A DNA stretch of 64,000 bases from the human T2T-CHM13v2.0 reference genome, Homo sapiens. A model generated the notes under the pieces. It ran no database searches, was not told where the DNA came from, and worked only from the letters and a program-made list of their open reading frames with translations. A program made the position numbers and the translations under genes. Location of the stretch: assembly GCF_009914755.1 (NCBI RefSeq), contig NC_060941.1; one strand, given 5' to 3'. Every line of letters starts with the position of its first letter. Within the stretch, counting starts at the first letter, position 1. Below, piece after piece: positions 39,765 to 54,639 of this stretch.

Positions 39765-41031
39765 AGCACCTTGAAGGGCAGGCGGGGGACAGGTGGGCCC
39801 CCCGGAGGGTGGCGATAGAGGTTCCGAGGCTGCTGTGGAGAAATGCCCTCCTCCCTGCCTTCCCAGGCTGTCCTAGGCACCATGCTGACAGCAATCAGCA
39901 CGGGAATGTCTTGGGCTCATTATCCTGGAATTGATTTTCCACTGGATTGATTTGATCTGTTTCTATGCCAGGCTGTGAAGATGGTTCAGATCCAGTTAGC
40001 CCTCGGAAGTTAGCAACTTTGAAGGCTTTTCTACAAAAACAATTGATCAGAGCTAACGTTTACTGAGCAAGGCACTTAAACATACCAAGCATTTAATCCA
40101 CACAACAGTCCTATGGGGTGGGAATGATCACTAGCCCCATTTTATAGATGGGGAAATTGAGGCTAAGCAAAGCCAAATGACTTGTCCAAGACCACACAGT
40201 CAGGTGGTGGCAGGGCTACAACCCTGGAGTCCCAGCTTGCACTTGCTCTGGTGCTTGCTCCATAAATACAGCCAGGCCCTGGGCTTTCCATTTATTATCT
40301 CAGTTAATCCTCCAACAACGTTGTGTGGCAGGTACTATTATAATACTATCCCCAATTCACCAATAAGGAAACCGAGACACAGAAAGTTTGAGCGACCAGC
40401 TCAATGTCACTCAGTTTGTAAGTGGCAAAGCTGAGGACTGACCCAGGTCTGAGACCTTGACTGGACCCCACTTGTGCGCCCACTGTGTGCTTACCCATTT
40501 TGCTACAGGTGAGTACACCCAGGGGCAAGGAGAGGTGACAATGAGAGAGTGGGAAACTGAGATCAAGGTAGGAGCTGAGGATTACCTGGGGTTGAATGTT
40601 CTCCCCTCCATGTCAGTGTCTGGTGCCAGCTCTGTGCAAGGCCATGGAAGGAGGAGACGGAGTTCCTACTGTGTGCCCCGCCTCACAGAAAGTGATAAAA
40701 ATTTTATTTTAGAAATATATTTAAGGTTTAAAGAGAGCCAGTTTAAGGTAAAATGTTTAAGCAAATAACAGTATAGGTGCATGCAGATGTGACACAAATG
40801 ATAAAGGTGGGACGTGAAGGAAACACAGGGGCGTGGCTCTTACTCTCTATTTGTGTGTGTGCATGTCCCGTGGCGAGTCACGTGTCCTGTGGGGCCTTCA
40901 CTCCACTCAGCTGTCAAAGGAAGGCATTGAGAAGAGGCATTCCTGGGACCCTCCCGGTTCTGAGGCCCTAACAAGCTCAAGTCCCCAGACCGTGAGCCCT
41001 ATGTCATTTGTCAAGTGACCACTGGAGGGCG

Positions 41032-41038
41032 TGAGTCA
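41032..41038. promoter_or_regulatory. AP-1 site at about -5.1 kb
   Basis: Perfect TGAGTCA. Confidence 0.75.
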
Positions 41039-41129
41039 CACAAATTCCAGCAGCTCCGAAGCTGAGGTCTTCCCCGGTTTCCACCACCTTGCCTGACTCG
41101 GAGATGACGGAAGTGAAGTGAAGGGATTT

Positions 41130-41144
41130 TTACTGGAAACGCCC
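41130..41144 (-). promoter_or_regulatory. Overlapping NF-kB and GAS (STAT1) element at about -5.2 kb
   Basis: GGGCGTTTCC (41135-41144) overlapping TTCCAGTAA (41130-41138). Confidence 0.75.
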
Positions 41145-41217
41145 GGTGGTCACTCCAGGATGGACAGGCCCAGGGTGGACCAGGAAGGTGGACAAGCTTT
41201 GCTGAGTCCCTGGAGTG

Positions 41218-41224
41218 TGACTCA
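41218..41224. promoter_or_regulatory. AP-1 site at about -5.3 kb
   Basis: Perfect TGACTCA. Confidence 0.75.
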
Positions 41225-41719
41225 AGCTGGCTGGTGCAGGCCTGGCACTTTGCTGCTGTTTCTTTTAAAAGCCTCGTTTCTTGTCAAGCCTCCCCAGAAC
41301 ACCCTCCCTTCCCTGCCCTCCCGTTTTGCTTCCTGGGTGCCCGTCCTTCTAGGCGGAGAAACAACAAACAGAGTGGCACCTGGGGTAGTCCCAGGGTGTG
41401 ATGGTTCAAGGGGCAAGATTCAGGGGCAAGTAGTGTATCTGGGAAGTGCAGGGGACATCAGGAGGGGAATGAGGAAGTGAGACAGAGAAAGGGAGGCAGC
41501 TGGTAAAAGTACTATAGGGCAGCTTTCACGATTTGCAACCAGACTCAGCCCCATCAGGGAACTTGAAAAATGGTGCAGAAAACAGGGCTTCAAATGATCC
41601 CATCCAAGGGGCCAGGGGCTGGGCTACTGACCCAGCAGTTCCAGAGCATCACTCATTGAGGCTGCTCCCAGGGAGGTTAAATTCCCAAGGCCTGCTGTGG
41701 GCAGAGCAGCCTTCCTTGG

Positions 41720-41733
41720 TTCTGGGAAAGCCC
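41720..41733 (-). promoter_or_regulatory. Overlapping NF-kB and GAS element at about -5.8 kb
   Basis: GGGCTTTCCC (41724-41733) overlapping TTCCCAGAA (41720-41728). Confidence 0.82.
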
Positions 41734-42056
41734 TCTAGAATTCACAAAGTGCACTGGAATGAGACGAAGACAGACGTCACTGCTACAGGGGGTTTAGAAT
41801 TGGGTCAAATGGAGGAAGAGAGGTACCTCCTCCCCAGGTACAGCCTCTGAGGGTGCTGGATGCTGATCCAAGAAGTTCTAAATGCCAAGAGCTTCAGCTA
41901 AGCCCACCCTCTTGTATCCTTCCCTAAGAAGCGCTGCATCTTTGGTTAGGCCACATAAGCCCTCCGGGCCTCCCTTTCCTCAGTTAAGGGTCTCTGAGGC
42001 CTTTCCAGCTGTGGTATCTGGGCTTTCTGAGTCTCCCCACCTCATACATATCTGGT

Positions 42057-42063
42057 CTTTGAT
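42057..42063 (+). promoter_or_regulatory. TCF/LEF site at about -6.1 kb
   Basis: CTTTGAT. Confidence 0.55.
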
Positions 42064-42291
42064 GCTCTTGGAAAAGTTATCTTCCCCACCAGAGTGCCCC
42101 TGAAAGGCAGAATGTAGCAACGACTGGCAACTTCTGCAGAGCCTGACCACTGTGTGCACAGAGATGTCTGGAGCATCGCTCTCTACGAGAGCCAGAAACA
42201 ACCCAAGTGATCAGCATAGAGAAAGGCACACCAGGCCAGCTTTATAGTGTACCATTACGTGGCCAAAAAAAAAGTGTATTAAGAATTTTTT

Positions 42292-42763
<472 letters not shown>

Positions 42764-44197
42764 GAGTCTTTATGATAAGAAATAATGTTCATGATATCAG
42801 TAGAAAAATAATAACCCCTAACATGTAAAATAAAGACAGAAAAAATGTGAGAAAAAATACTAAAATATTAAAAAGTGGTAGAATTATGGGCAATAGTTAT
42901 CTTTTCTTTACCCTTCTCTGTATTTGCTATCTGTGCATATGTTAGTTTTATAATATAAAAAGTGACTCCTTACTTTTTGAAATACTATCTCAGACGTGTG
43001 GCTGTGCCAGTAATTCACCTTTCCCAAAGGAAAAGAGCCTCTAGCGCCCATTTTCATTACAGGAGGCACAGAGAGGGCGGCTGCCCATGCCCCTGGCTGT
43101 TCTGCAGGAGTTACACCGGTTTTCTGAGCATCGTCCGTGAGTTTTCCAAGCTGGGCCCTGGGGATCCAGTGGTGAGTGATGGCAGACAAGCTGGCTGTCT
43201 CTCTCCCTCCCCACTCTGCTGCCAATAGAGATGGCAAGATGAGTCCCAGAGCCTGTTGGAGGCGGTGCATTTGGGGGACAGGGGCTGCCTCCTTAAAAAC
43301 AGAGTGGAAACCAGGGGGACAGGCCAAGTGCATCAAAATGCTAGGACGGTCGGCCAAAGCTGAGCGGCTCACTCTTGAAACAGAGGTGGGGTCTGGCTCT
43401 TGGTGGGTGAAGGAAGAATTGGAGGAAGGGAGGAAGGGTAATTCCTCCAGCAATTTGAGTGGGAGGCTGTGGGGGGCAAGCTATTAATAACGGCAGAGGC
43501 CACTGTCAGGCAGACTCAGGGACAAGTCTCAGGCCTGCCACCTAAATTCATCTGTGGGCATTGGAGAGGTTACTTTTGGTTTCAGTTTGCTTATCTGTAA
43601 AGTGTGGATAATCACAGAGTCCCCACCTCCTCAAGCCTTGGGGAGGAGTAGCGAGAGGATGTACACAGCACCTGCCCTGCAGTTCAGCTTGAGCACGCTC
43701 CTATCTTGCCAGAGCCAGAGCGTAGCTGTAGCTTTAGCAGAGCAGCAGCACCGAGCTGGCTGGCTCTGCCTACTGCTATTCTCCCAGCACCTGGCACATG
43801 CTGGAGCTCAAGAAACAATGCCCAGCTGACTGCCAGGGCCTTTTTAATGTGTTATCTCATGCATTCCACACCACCACACTGTGAGGTGAGCTGTGTCAAC
43901 CCTATTTTACAGATGACAAAATTGAGGCTTAGGAAGATTAAAGAATTTTTCCCAAGATCATACAGCTAAAGCTGCAGAACCAAGATTCAGGTCCATTTGA
44001 TTCCAAATGCATCTGGGAGGAGCATCTTAGGGACACCACCGGTCTGAGGCTCAAGGCAGCCCTCTCTCACCCAAGACCAAGCTCTTGTAGACAACAACTG
44101 TTTAAAGGGCAAAGACAGCTCCTGGGGAAGAGGCAGGAAAATCAATGAAATGATCTGTGATGCTGTCAGGGCCCTGGAGGAAGGACTGAGCAATGCA

Positions 44198-44207
44198 GGA
44201 GTTCCCC
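44198..44207 (-). promoter_or_regulatory. NF-kB site at about -8.3 kb
   Basis: GGGGAACTCC. Confidence 0.7.
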
Positions 44208-44789
44208 AGGGGCTCCCGGGAGGGCCCAAGAGGCCAGGTGGGGGCGGGGTTGGGCAGGGAAGCCTGGGGGAGTACTCTCAGAGGAGGTGACAGTCCCCAA
44301 CAGGAGGAAAGGCTGTCCTCCTGCTGAGCTTACAAGGGAAGCTCCCATGCCGGAAGGAAGAACCTTGAACTTCTGCTTCCAATACCTGTGTCTAGCCTGT
44401 CTCATCCTGGCCTGCATTTCAGAGCTCCCCCCAACTCCAGGAGCTCTCTAGTAAGCCATGCCTTTGCACACACTGTTCCCTGTTGCTGGAATGTCCTTCC
44501 CGACAGCTCCCTAGCCCACCCTTGCCCTGACTCGAATCCCCTTCAGACTCTGCTTTACTTCATGGCATTGTTGCCTCTAGGGGCTCCCCTGACCCTCCAT
44601 CCTCAAGCCCCTTGGGGTTCCCCAAATCCCTTAGGCTCCCCTCTCCTCAACACTGATCCCACTGTTTTAATTGTGGTCTCACTGCTCTGTCTCTTTTACT
44701 AGACACAAGCTTCCCAAGGCCAAGGTCATGTCTCACATCTCTGCAGCACCAGCAGCATGCTTGGCCCAGACTAGGTGCTCAGTGGATTT

Positions 44790-45460
44790 TGTTTTGTTGA
44801 GATAAAAAGTCACGTGCCATTAAATTCCCCCATTTAAGGAGTATAATTCAGTGGTTTTTAGTATATTCACAAAGTTATGAAACTATCACCACTATCTAAT
44901 TCCAGAACGTTTTTGTCACCCCAAATAGAAACCCTGTACCCATTAACAGTCACTCCCTACTTCTTACCCCCAACTCTTAGAAACCACTAAATCTACTTTT
45001 TTTTCACTATAGATTTGCTTATTTTGGATGTTTTATACAAATGGAATCATATAATATTTGGCCCTTTGTGTCTAGCTTGTTTCACTTATAATGTTTTTGG
45101 GGTTCATTCACGTGGCATGTTTAAGTTCTTCATTCTTTTTATGGCTTAGTAATATTCCACTGTATGGATATACCACATTTTATGCATCCATTCATCAATT
45201 GATGGCCATTTGGGTTGTTTCTATTTTTTGGTCACTGTGAATATTGCTGTCCAAATATAAATGTTTGAGTACAGGTTTTTGTGTGAACATGTACTTTCAA
45301 TTATCTTGGAATAGAATTGTTGGGTCATAGGGAAACTTTATGTTCAACTTTTTTGGGGTACTGCCAGGCTATTTTCTGAAGTGGCTGCTGCACCATTTTA
45401 TATCACTACCAGCATAGGAAGAGGGTCCCAATCAGTCCACATCCTTGACAACACCAGTAA
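44790..45460 (-). mobile_element. Old L1M 3' end fragment
   Basis: Typical L1MB/L1MC 3' UTR text (...aatattccactgtatggatataccacatttt...). Confidence 0.8.
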
Positions 45461-45542
45461 TGGGCTTTCTTTTTTGTGTCATATAGCTTCTAGTGGATGT
45501 GAAGTAGCCAATGGACCATTGACGAATGAGTGAGTGACAAAC

Positions 45543-45585
45543 GGATGGATGGATGGATGGATGGATGGATGGATGGATGGATGGA
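45543..45585. repeat. (GGAT)n microsatellite
   Basis: Read directly, about 10 units. Confidence 0.93.
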
Positions 45586-46167
45586 CATATGGGAGTAGAT
45601 ACCTGACCCTGAGTTCTGAGCTCTGATTTTTGTGGGACAGCCTGCTTCCCTGAGGACCTGCATCAAGTAGAGACATAGCAACCTGCAGCCTGCCCCTGAC
45701 CATCGTGGTTCCAGATGTCCAATCTGCCTTCGTCCTCGGTGGCTCTTAAGCACAAAGGTGACCTGGATTCCCCTAAGCCTGTGGAAGGCCCTGGAGGGGG
45801 CCCCATTCTGGGTGACACAAGTTTTATTACTCATCAGTTTCAGTTTCTTCTTCTGTGAAATGGAAGGAGAAAGAGAAAAGTCACACAAGTTTCTGCAGAG
45901 GGTGTGGCACATAGCAGGTCTACAATAAATGGGAGTTTCGTTTTTCCAGTCTGTTTCTCATCCAGTGTGTATATAAATGCCACTCCACTAATTATCTACT
46001 GGAAAAGAGCTTGAGAAGTGGGGCAGTGGAAAGGAGGGGGGACAGGGAAAGCCAGGCAAGAGATTTACATATGGCAGGAAGCTGCAGCAGGTCATCGAGG
46101 GAGTGGGAGTCACAGAGCAACCCTGGGAGGATTGTCACAGGCTTCGGAAGAGGATATCCTCCCAGCC

Positions 46168-46175
46168 ATTTGCAT
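46168..46175 (-). promoter_or_regulatory. Perfect octamer at about -10.2 kb
   Basis: ATGCAAAT. Confidence 0.65.
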
Positions 46176-48111
46176 ACCCAAGCACCACTCTTACTGTCAG
46201 GAAGACCTGAGCCTCCTATTTAGGCCTTTGGATGGGTGTGGAGAGAGGGCAGCATCTAACTAGTGCTGATCTGAGATCAACTGCAGGTCCCCAGGCAAAC
46301 CCCACAGAAGGGTGAATCAGATTCCAAGGCCAGTGAATTTTATCCATTGTGCCAACCTTCATAGACAAGGAATGGCTGCTCAGAGCCTTGCAGTGAGATC
46401 AATGTTAAAGTTCTGTAGTTTTAAGGCTCAGTGGGAAAAAGTAGCCACCCGCATCTGCCCTGGGCAGATGACCAATGACCTGTATTTACTGCCCCTGTTC
46501 TAGACCAGTACAAGATTAGCTGTCTGTTGGGTAGTTTCCATGTAAATAGTTTGTTACCTGGGGCAGTTGAAAGGTCAGGAGGAAAAGAAGAGGGGATTAA
46601 AATAAATTGCTGGAACGGGGGACTGGCGGCGGCAGTGGTGCTCACTTGAGGCTCCAGCCTGCAGTGAGCATTGAGCACTTAATTTATGGAGTGCTCAGCT
46701 GAGGTTGCCACTAGCTGCTTACGAGAGGCCAGCAGCACCGTGAGCCAGGCCCACTTAGGGAAGATTCTTGGCTCATCCATGTGACTCACCTTCCTCATAC
46801 GTAACATGGGGACAATGGGGATATATGTCACAGGGCTGCTGTTTATCTTGCCGGATGATCTAATGCACATGGATGAAGAAGGGAATGTGGGAAATACATG
46901 CTCTCAGTCTTAACAGAAGGGAAAACTGAAGCCCGCAGTGGGTTGGAAGAGGTGGAGAAAATGCAAGAAACACAGACAGCTTTGTGATTGCAACTTTGTT
47001 CCAGGTCCTGGTTGTGTCTTTAATTCCATATTAATTGTTTTGTCTTTAGTACTTAACTCCTATCTGGAAGAACTCCTCATTAGCCCATCTGCCCTGGCAT
47101 GGCCCACTTCTGAGGGGTTTCCTTGGCCTGTTTCCCTGATGTGTATCATGTGACCCCTCCAGTTGCCTGGACGAGGGTGGGCATGTCACCAGGGAGCAGC
47201 CAGTGGCCTCAGAGGTACCCTGATGGACCTCAGGCCCTGCAGGTTTGAACTGGAGACAGAAGAGTGGTGATTGATAGCAGAGTTGGTATCCAAAAGCCCC
47301 CCAGAGAGATGACGGATGGAGCTGCAGGCAGAAGAAGCCTGCAGTGGGGAGTACAGGGCAGGTTGCTGCAGGAGGAGCAGGGAGTGAGGGGTTGAGCTCC
47401 AGACCAGGACGCCACAGGCAGGCAGGGTGGAGAGAACCCAGGCCCTGGAGAGAACTGCCTTCAGGGTCCCAAAGTCTCCCCAGGCTGCATGATTCCCGCC
47501 ATGTGGCCCAGCTTCCTTATTGCCCAGAGTTTTACCGTAACCTCTTGCTCTCTGGAAGAACCTGTTCAGGGAACTTGCATTTTTGCAGCTCCATGACAGA
47601 GTCTGGCACAGGTACTATTGGTTAATTGAGGAAGTCTGCTATTTTATGGCACAAATGAGAGCCAGCAGTTTGCAGGCATTGAGGAAGGAGAGGCGTATGG
47701 ACTATGATAAGGGACGACCCTGGAAAGCACCCTGATACGGCATTGGCTAGGGTTCTGAGGAAGCTAATAACTTTGCCGAATTTTGTTGGAAAGGCAATCA
47801 ACCTTTTTACAGCCCTATTAATGACTTTATCAAATCACTGCTTTTATGATCTCTTGGTGAACCCATCAATCCACGTAGAACATGAAGACTCTTGGGTTTT
47901 CTCTCCATGAGGCGAGAGAGGTTGAACCACTCGCATAACGTTATGTGGCAGTTACTGTCTAACTCAGGGAATCCTTCAGGAAGATCCTCAGCTCCCCTAC
48001 TACCTTCCACATACCCAAGCTGCTGTCTGTCTGAATATGCTTTTCCCCATGTAACTCAGAGTGTCGGGAGGATGGGGGAGGATTCCCAGAACAAGTGGCA
48101 CCTAAACAGGG

Positions 48112-48800
<689 letters not shown>

Positions 48801-49131
48801 CCGGTCTTTAAATGTGTTATTTATTTTCTTACTGTTGAGTTTTGTGGATTCTTTCTGTAGTCTGGGTACAAATCTTTTGTTGGATATGGGGTTTGCAAAT
48901 ATTTTCTCCCAGTCTTTGCAGTTTCTTAAAGTGTATCTTGCAAAGCAAAAGTGTTAAATTTTATTGAACTACAACTTGTCAATGTTGTTTTGTGTGGATC
49001 ACTGCACAAGGGTTTGAAGAACGTATTCACTGAGCTGACAAGGAAAGAAAGGGAGTTCTAGGCAAAGCAAACAGCACATGCAAAGGAATGGAGGCCTGAA
49101 AAAGTGGGCTGGGGTTGGGGAATTCTAAGTA

Positions 49132-49875
49132 CAGTTGACCCTCGAACAATGTGGGGGGTTAGAGGAACTGACCCCTGCACAGTCTGAAATCCGTGTATAA
49201 CATTTGATTCCCCAAAAACTTTACTAATAGTCTACTATTGACCAGAAATCTTACCGATAACATAGTTAATTAACACATATTTTTATATGTATTATATACT
49301 GTGTTCTTACAATAAAGTAAGCTAGAGAAGAAAAGTTATTAAGGCAATCATAAGTGGCCGGGCAGGGTGGCTTATACCTGTAATCCCAATACTTTGGGAA
49401 GTTGAGGCAAGAGGATCACTTAAGGTCAGAAGTTTGAGACTAGCCTGGGCAACAAAGTGAGACCCCATCTTTACAAAAAAAATTTTTTTTTAATTAACCG
49501 AGCACAATGGTGGATGCCAAGTAGCTAGTCCCAGCTACTTGGGAGACTGAGGTGGGAGGATCACTTGAGCCCAGGAGTTCAAGAGTGCAGTGAGCTATGA
49601 TTGCACCACTGTACTCCAGCCTGGGCAACAGAGCAAGACCCTGTCTCAAAAAATATATATTTTTTAATATATTAGAAGGGAAAATATATTTACAATTCAT
49701 TAAGTGGAAGTGGATCACAATTAAGGTCTTCATCCTCATCATCTTCAGGTTGAGTAGGTTGAGGAAGAGGAGTGGTTGGTTTTGCTGTCTCCTCTCAGGG
49801 ATGGCAGAGGCAGAAGAAAATCCACTTATAAGTGGGCCCATGCAGTTCAAACCCCTGTTGTTCAAGAGTCAACTG
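49132..49875. mobile_element. Tigger2a/MER28-like DNA transposon with an Alu insertion (about 49356-49655)
   Basis: TIRs CAGTTGACCCTCGAACAA ... TTGTTCAAGAGTCAACTG flanked by TA duplications. Confidence 0.85.
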
Positions 49876-49958
49876 TAGCTCAATATTGTTGAACTACAAT
49901 ATTGTACACTTAATATTGGTACACTACAAAATTGGTATACTCCTCAGTACCAATTTTC

Positions 49959-50365
49959 TGTATTAGTTGATATGCATTGTTATAAAGGAATACATGAGAC
50001 TGGGTAATTTGCAAAGAAAAGAGGTTTATTTGGCTCACATTTTGCAGGCTGTACACAAAGCATAGTGTTGGCATCTGCTTCTGGTGAGGGCCTCAGGAAG
50101 CTTCCAATCATGGCAGAAGGCAAATGGGAGCCAGCACATCACATGGTGACAGGGAGCAAGAGAGAGATGGGTGTCGGAGGGCAGTCCTCAACTCTTTTTA
50201 AAAACCAGATCTTGCATAAACTCAAGAGTGAGAACTCACTCATTAACATGAGGATAGCCTCAAGCCATTTATGAGGAATCCGCCCCATGACCCAAATACC
50301 TCCCCACCAGGGCCCACCTCCAACATTGGGGATCACATTTCAGCATGAGATTTGGAGGGGACACT
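49959..50365 (-). mobile_element. MST-family (MaLR) solo LTR
   Basis: tgtattagt...ggctcaca...catctgcttctggtgagggcctcaggaagctt...gatttggagggg. Confidence 0.85.
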
Positions 50366-50518
50366 ATGATTCTAGTGTGTGCATCCATGTGTGTATCTGT
50401 GCATGTGTGTGGCTGGGAGGGGAAGGGAAATGACTGGATCATAGAAGGGACCAGATCATAGGCTCTTGGGGGCTGTGCCAAGGAGTGTGGGCCCCTCATC
50501 CTATAGGTAAGAGAGCTA

Positions 50519-50889
<371 letters not shown>

Positions 50890-51778
50890 TATATATAATT
50901 TATTGTAGAAAAATATAGATCAATGAAAATATGATTAAAACTCTATATACTTCTACCACCCAGAGGGTAGTTACACTATTACCATTTTGGCTGGTTCTTC
51001 TGTTCACACACAAACACACACACACACACGTAATTTTTCTATAAAAATGAGATCACTCCATATACACTGTTTTGTAATGTGGTATTGTTTTTGCTTAATA
51101 AATAATATATGTGACTGGTTTTCCATGCCATTATTCTTTTACTGTATCATTTTTTGTTAAGATAAAGTTTTTTCCTTTATTATAATTTAATGTAATATTT
51201 CATGCATTCAAATTAAAGCATTACATTACAAATGTAATCTTATGAATTACCATGGACTCCCATCTGGCTACAGGATGAGAAAAACCTACTCCCATCATCT
51301 CTGTAGGCTAGCATATATTTAGTTCTTATTATGCGCTAGATACTGTTCTTTATGTGCAGTAACTCCTACAGCCATCGAAAAAATTCTCTGAGATAGTGAT
51401 ATTATTATCACCATGTTACTATGGGGAAAGGCACAGAGAGGTTCATCAGCTTACCCAAGGTCACACAGGGGATGAGTGGAAGAAGTAGGGCTAGAAATGT
51501 TGGAGATGGACTTGAAGATGAATTTATATGGAAGATAAGGAAGCAGAGGTGACAGCAGTGACTTCTGGGTTTCTGGCTGTTGAGACTGGGGGGCAGGGAT
51601 GCCCCTGACTGAGATAGGAAAGGCAGGCCGAGGAACTAATTTAGGACAAGGATAAAATCAGGAAGTCTATTTTGGAGGCGTTAATGTTAAAGGACCTGTG
51701 GGACATGAAAATGGAAATGAACAAATGACTATAGAATGAACAAGTGCATGAATGAATTGATGAAAGACAAATCCTCAA

Positions 51779-52485
<707 letters not shown>

Positions 52486-54639
52486 GCAAGATTATTCTCA
52501 GCACAGCAACAGACAGATCTGGCCCATCATGTTAGGAAACCATAAGTTGAAGTGTAATGATGGGAAGGTTCACAGCTGCTTACAACAGGCCAGGGCAGAG
52601 AGGATGCATAGACACACAGGATGGGGGCAAGTTGTTTTCAGTGATGTTTATCAAGTACCCGGGATCCAGCAGCTGCTCCATCTGGGAGTGGCTGCTGCTT
52701 TCTCTCCTGGGAAGATTCCTTCTGATCTTGGGAGTAGGATTTGGGGTGAAGGCTGTGTCCAGAACTGGGTCCTGCCACCCCAACACCCTGCTGAGAACAA
52801 GGCACATTCCTTAGCACTCAGGGTAGGAGAGAGGCGGAGGGATGGAGAGGCTTCAATCCCCCTTCTCGGGAGACAAAGGGCTCTTCATGATTTAATTAAA
52901 ATGCCCATCAAAACCTCAGAAGATAGGGGTTAGTTGAGATGAAATAAAAATAGTTGGAGTGAACACATTACAATTTCATTTCATTTCAGGGATATCTATG
53001 AGGTTCTAATATTAGAGAGAGACTTAATCTATCACTAAATTCCTATCTGGCCTGCCACACTGGGGGCATTTCTGAAGATGTCCAAATTCTGTTTTGAGAG
53101 GCCTGGAGAGTCCTCTGTCCTTTGTTTCTCTGTTCGAGGAGAACCACAGAGTGTGACAGTGTTTGGTATGTGGCAGGCACTCAATCAATATGTGCAGAAG
53201 GAAGGAGGGAGTTTCTTCTTTACTCCTTTAAGCTTCAGATTTAGAATTTGCCTAATCTTGGGGTGAGACAAAGCCTTGAGACCTCCACAGAGGTTTCCTT
53301 TGCATGGACAACTTTTCCTCCAGATAACACATGACTCACTTCCCTGCACTTCCAGTCTTTGCTCATGTGTCACCTCCTCACTGAGGCCAGCCTTGCCACC
53401 CCTATTTAAAATGACAGCCCTCCTTCCCCCAACCCTCCTGACCCCCCCACCTTGCTCTGTGCATCTCCCCCAGAGCTCAACCTCACACCTTACATCATTT
53501 ACTTACTATTTGTTCATTGTTTCTCCTCACTAGAATGAAGGCCCCACAAAAGCAGGGATTTTTGTCTGTTTTGCTTATGGATGTATAAGTGCTATGCATA
53601 GTGCCTGCCTCAATAAATATCTGTTGGACAAATGCATTGATTAATAAGGCAGAGAAGAAATTTTTGTTAATTGCAATTACTATTGCTTTCCAAAGAGAGC
53701 AGACTCCAAGGATAATCCCGGGATAGTACAGCCCACAGATCCGAAGGTGCCTTATCCCCAGGCGCAGCTTCCCCACAGACTCCGGGTGTTCAGGAATAAA
53801 CCCCGAGTCAGGGGATGAAATACTCCTCCAGCATCAACCTGAGGGCCAAGGCCCTACCTCCACACCCACTCCCTGGCTCGGTGCCCATCAGCCAAGTCCA
53901 AACCCACACAAGTTGTTCCCACTCTGGAAATGGTGGGGGAAAAAAACCAACATCCAGTGCCAGAAATCAGTGTGATGTACACAAAAGCTGCTTTTTTGCC
54001 TTTTGCAGATGCAGAGTGGCTGCCCAGGCTCACGTAGCCAGAGAGCAGGCCCTGGGGAGTGGTCCAGGAAAGCACTGGACAGTAGTCATCTGTCTGGAAA
54101 ATATTAGCCCACAGTCTGATGTCTTCAAAACCTGAGCCAGGTCACCCTTTCTCTTTCACTGACAGAAATAAACAGTTCTTGGTCTTGAAATACACAGGAC
54201 TTTCCCCAGTTACTGCTGCTGCTAGCACTGGCTTACTTAGTCTTTCATGGTTTAGAGCCTGTTTTCCTCCGGAAGCAAAATTTGGCTTGAGCGATATGAA
54301 GAGTAATGAAAACATTTTAAAATGCAAAGCTGGGTTCTTTTTCCCAAGGGTAGCTTCTTGGAAATCTCTGGTTTTTCCAGCAACAGCTGAAAAATTGAGG
54401 CCTAATGGATACTCTGTGTTACAAAGTCAGAGAACTCCACAGATGGAAAGAATCAACCTCCTTTCCCTGGATGCCCTTCATTTTAGAGCTGATGACGCCA
54501 GATGACTGCAGCCTAGAGCATCTAGACCCACTCCCCTTCATTTCTTCCTCCTGACCCATAGTCTAGAGACTTTGAAAACACTACAGGTGTTCAGATTCCA
54601 TTTAAAGACTAGAGCTCGACATTAAATGCAGCCTTCCTA

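Noticed and set aside
40811-40884. ACGTG/CACGTG motifs at about -4.9 kb as hypoxia-response elements
   Set aside because: Motifs of 5-6 bp are too common to call from sequence alone.
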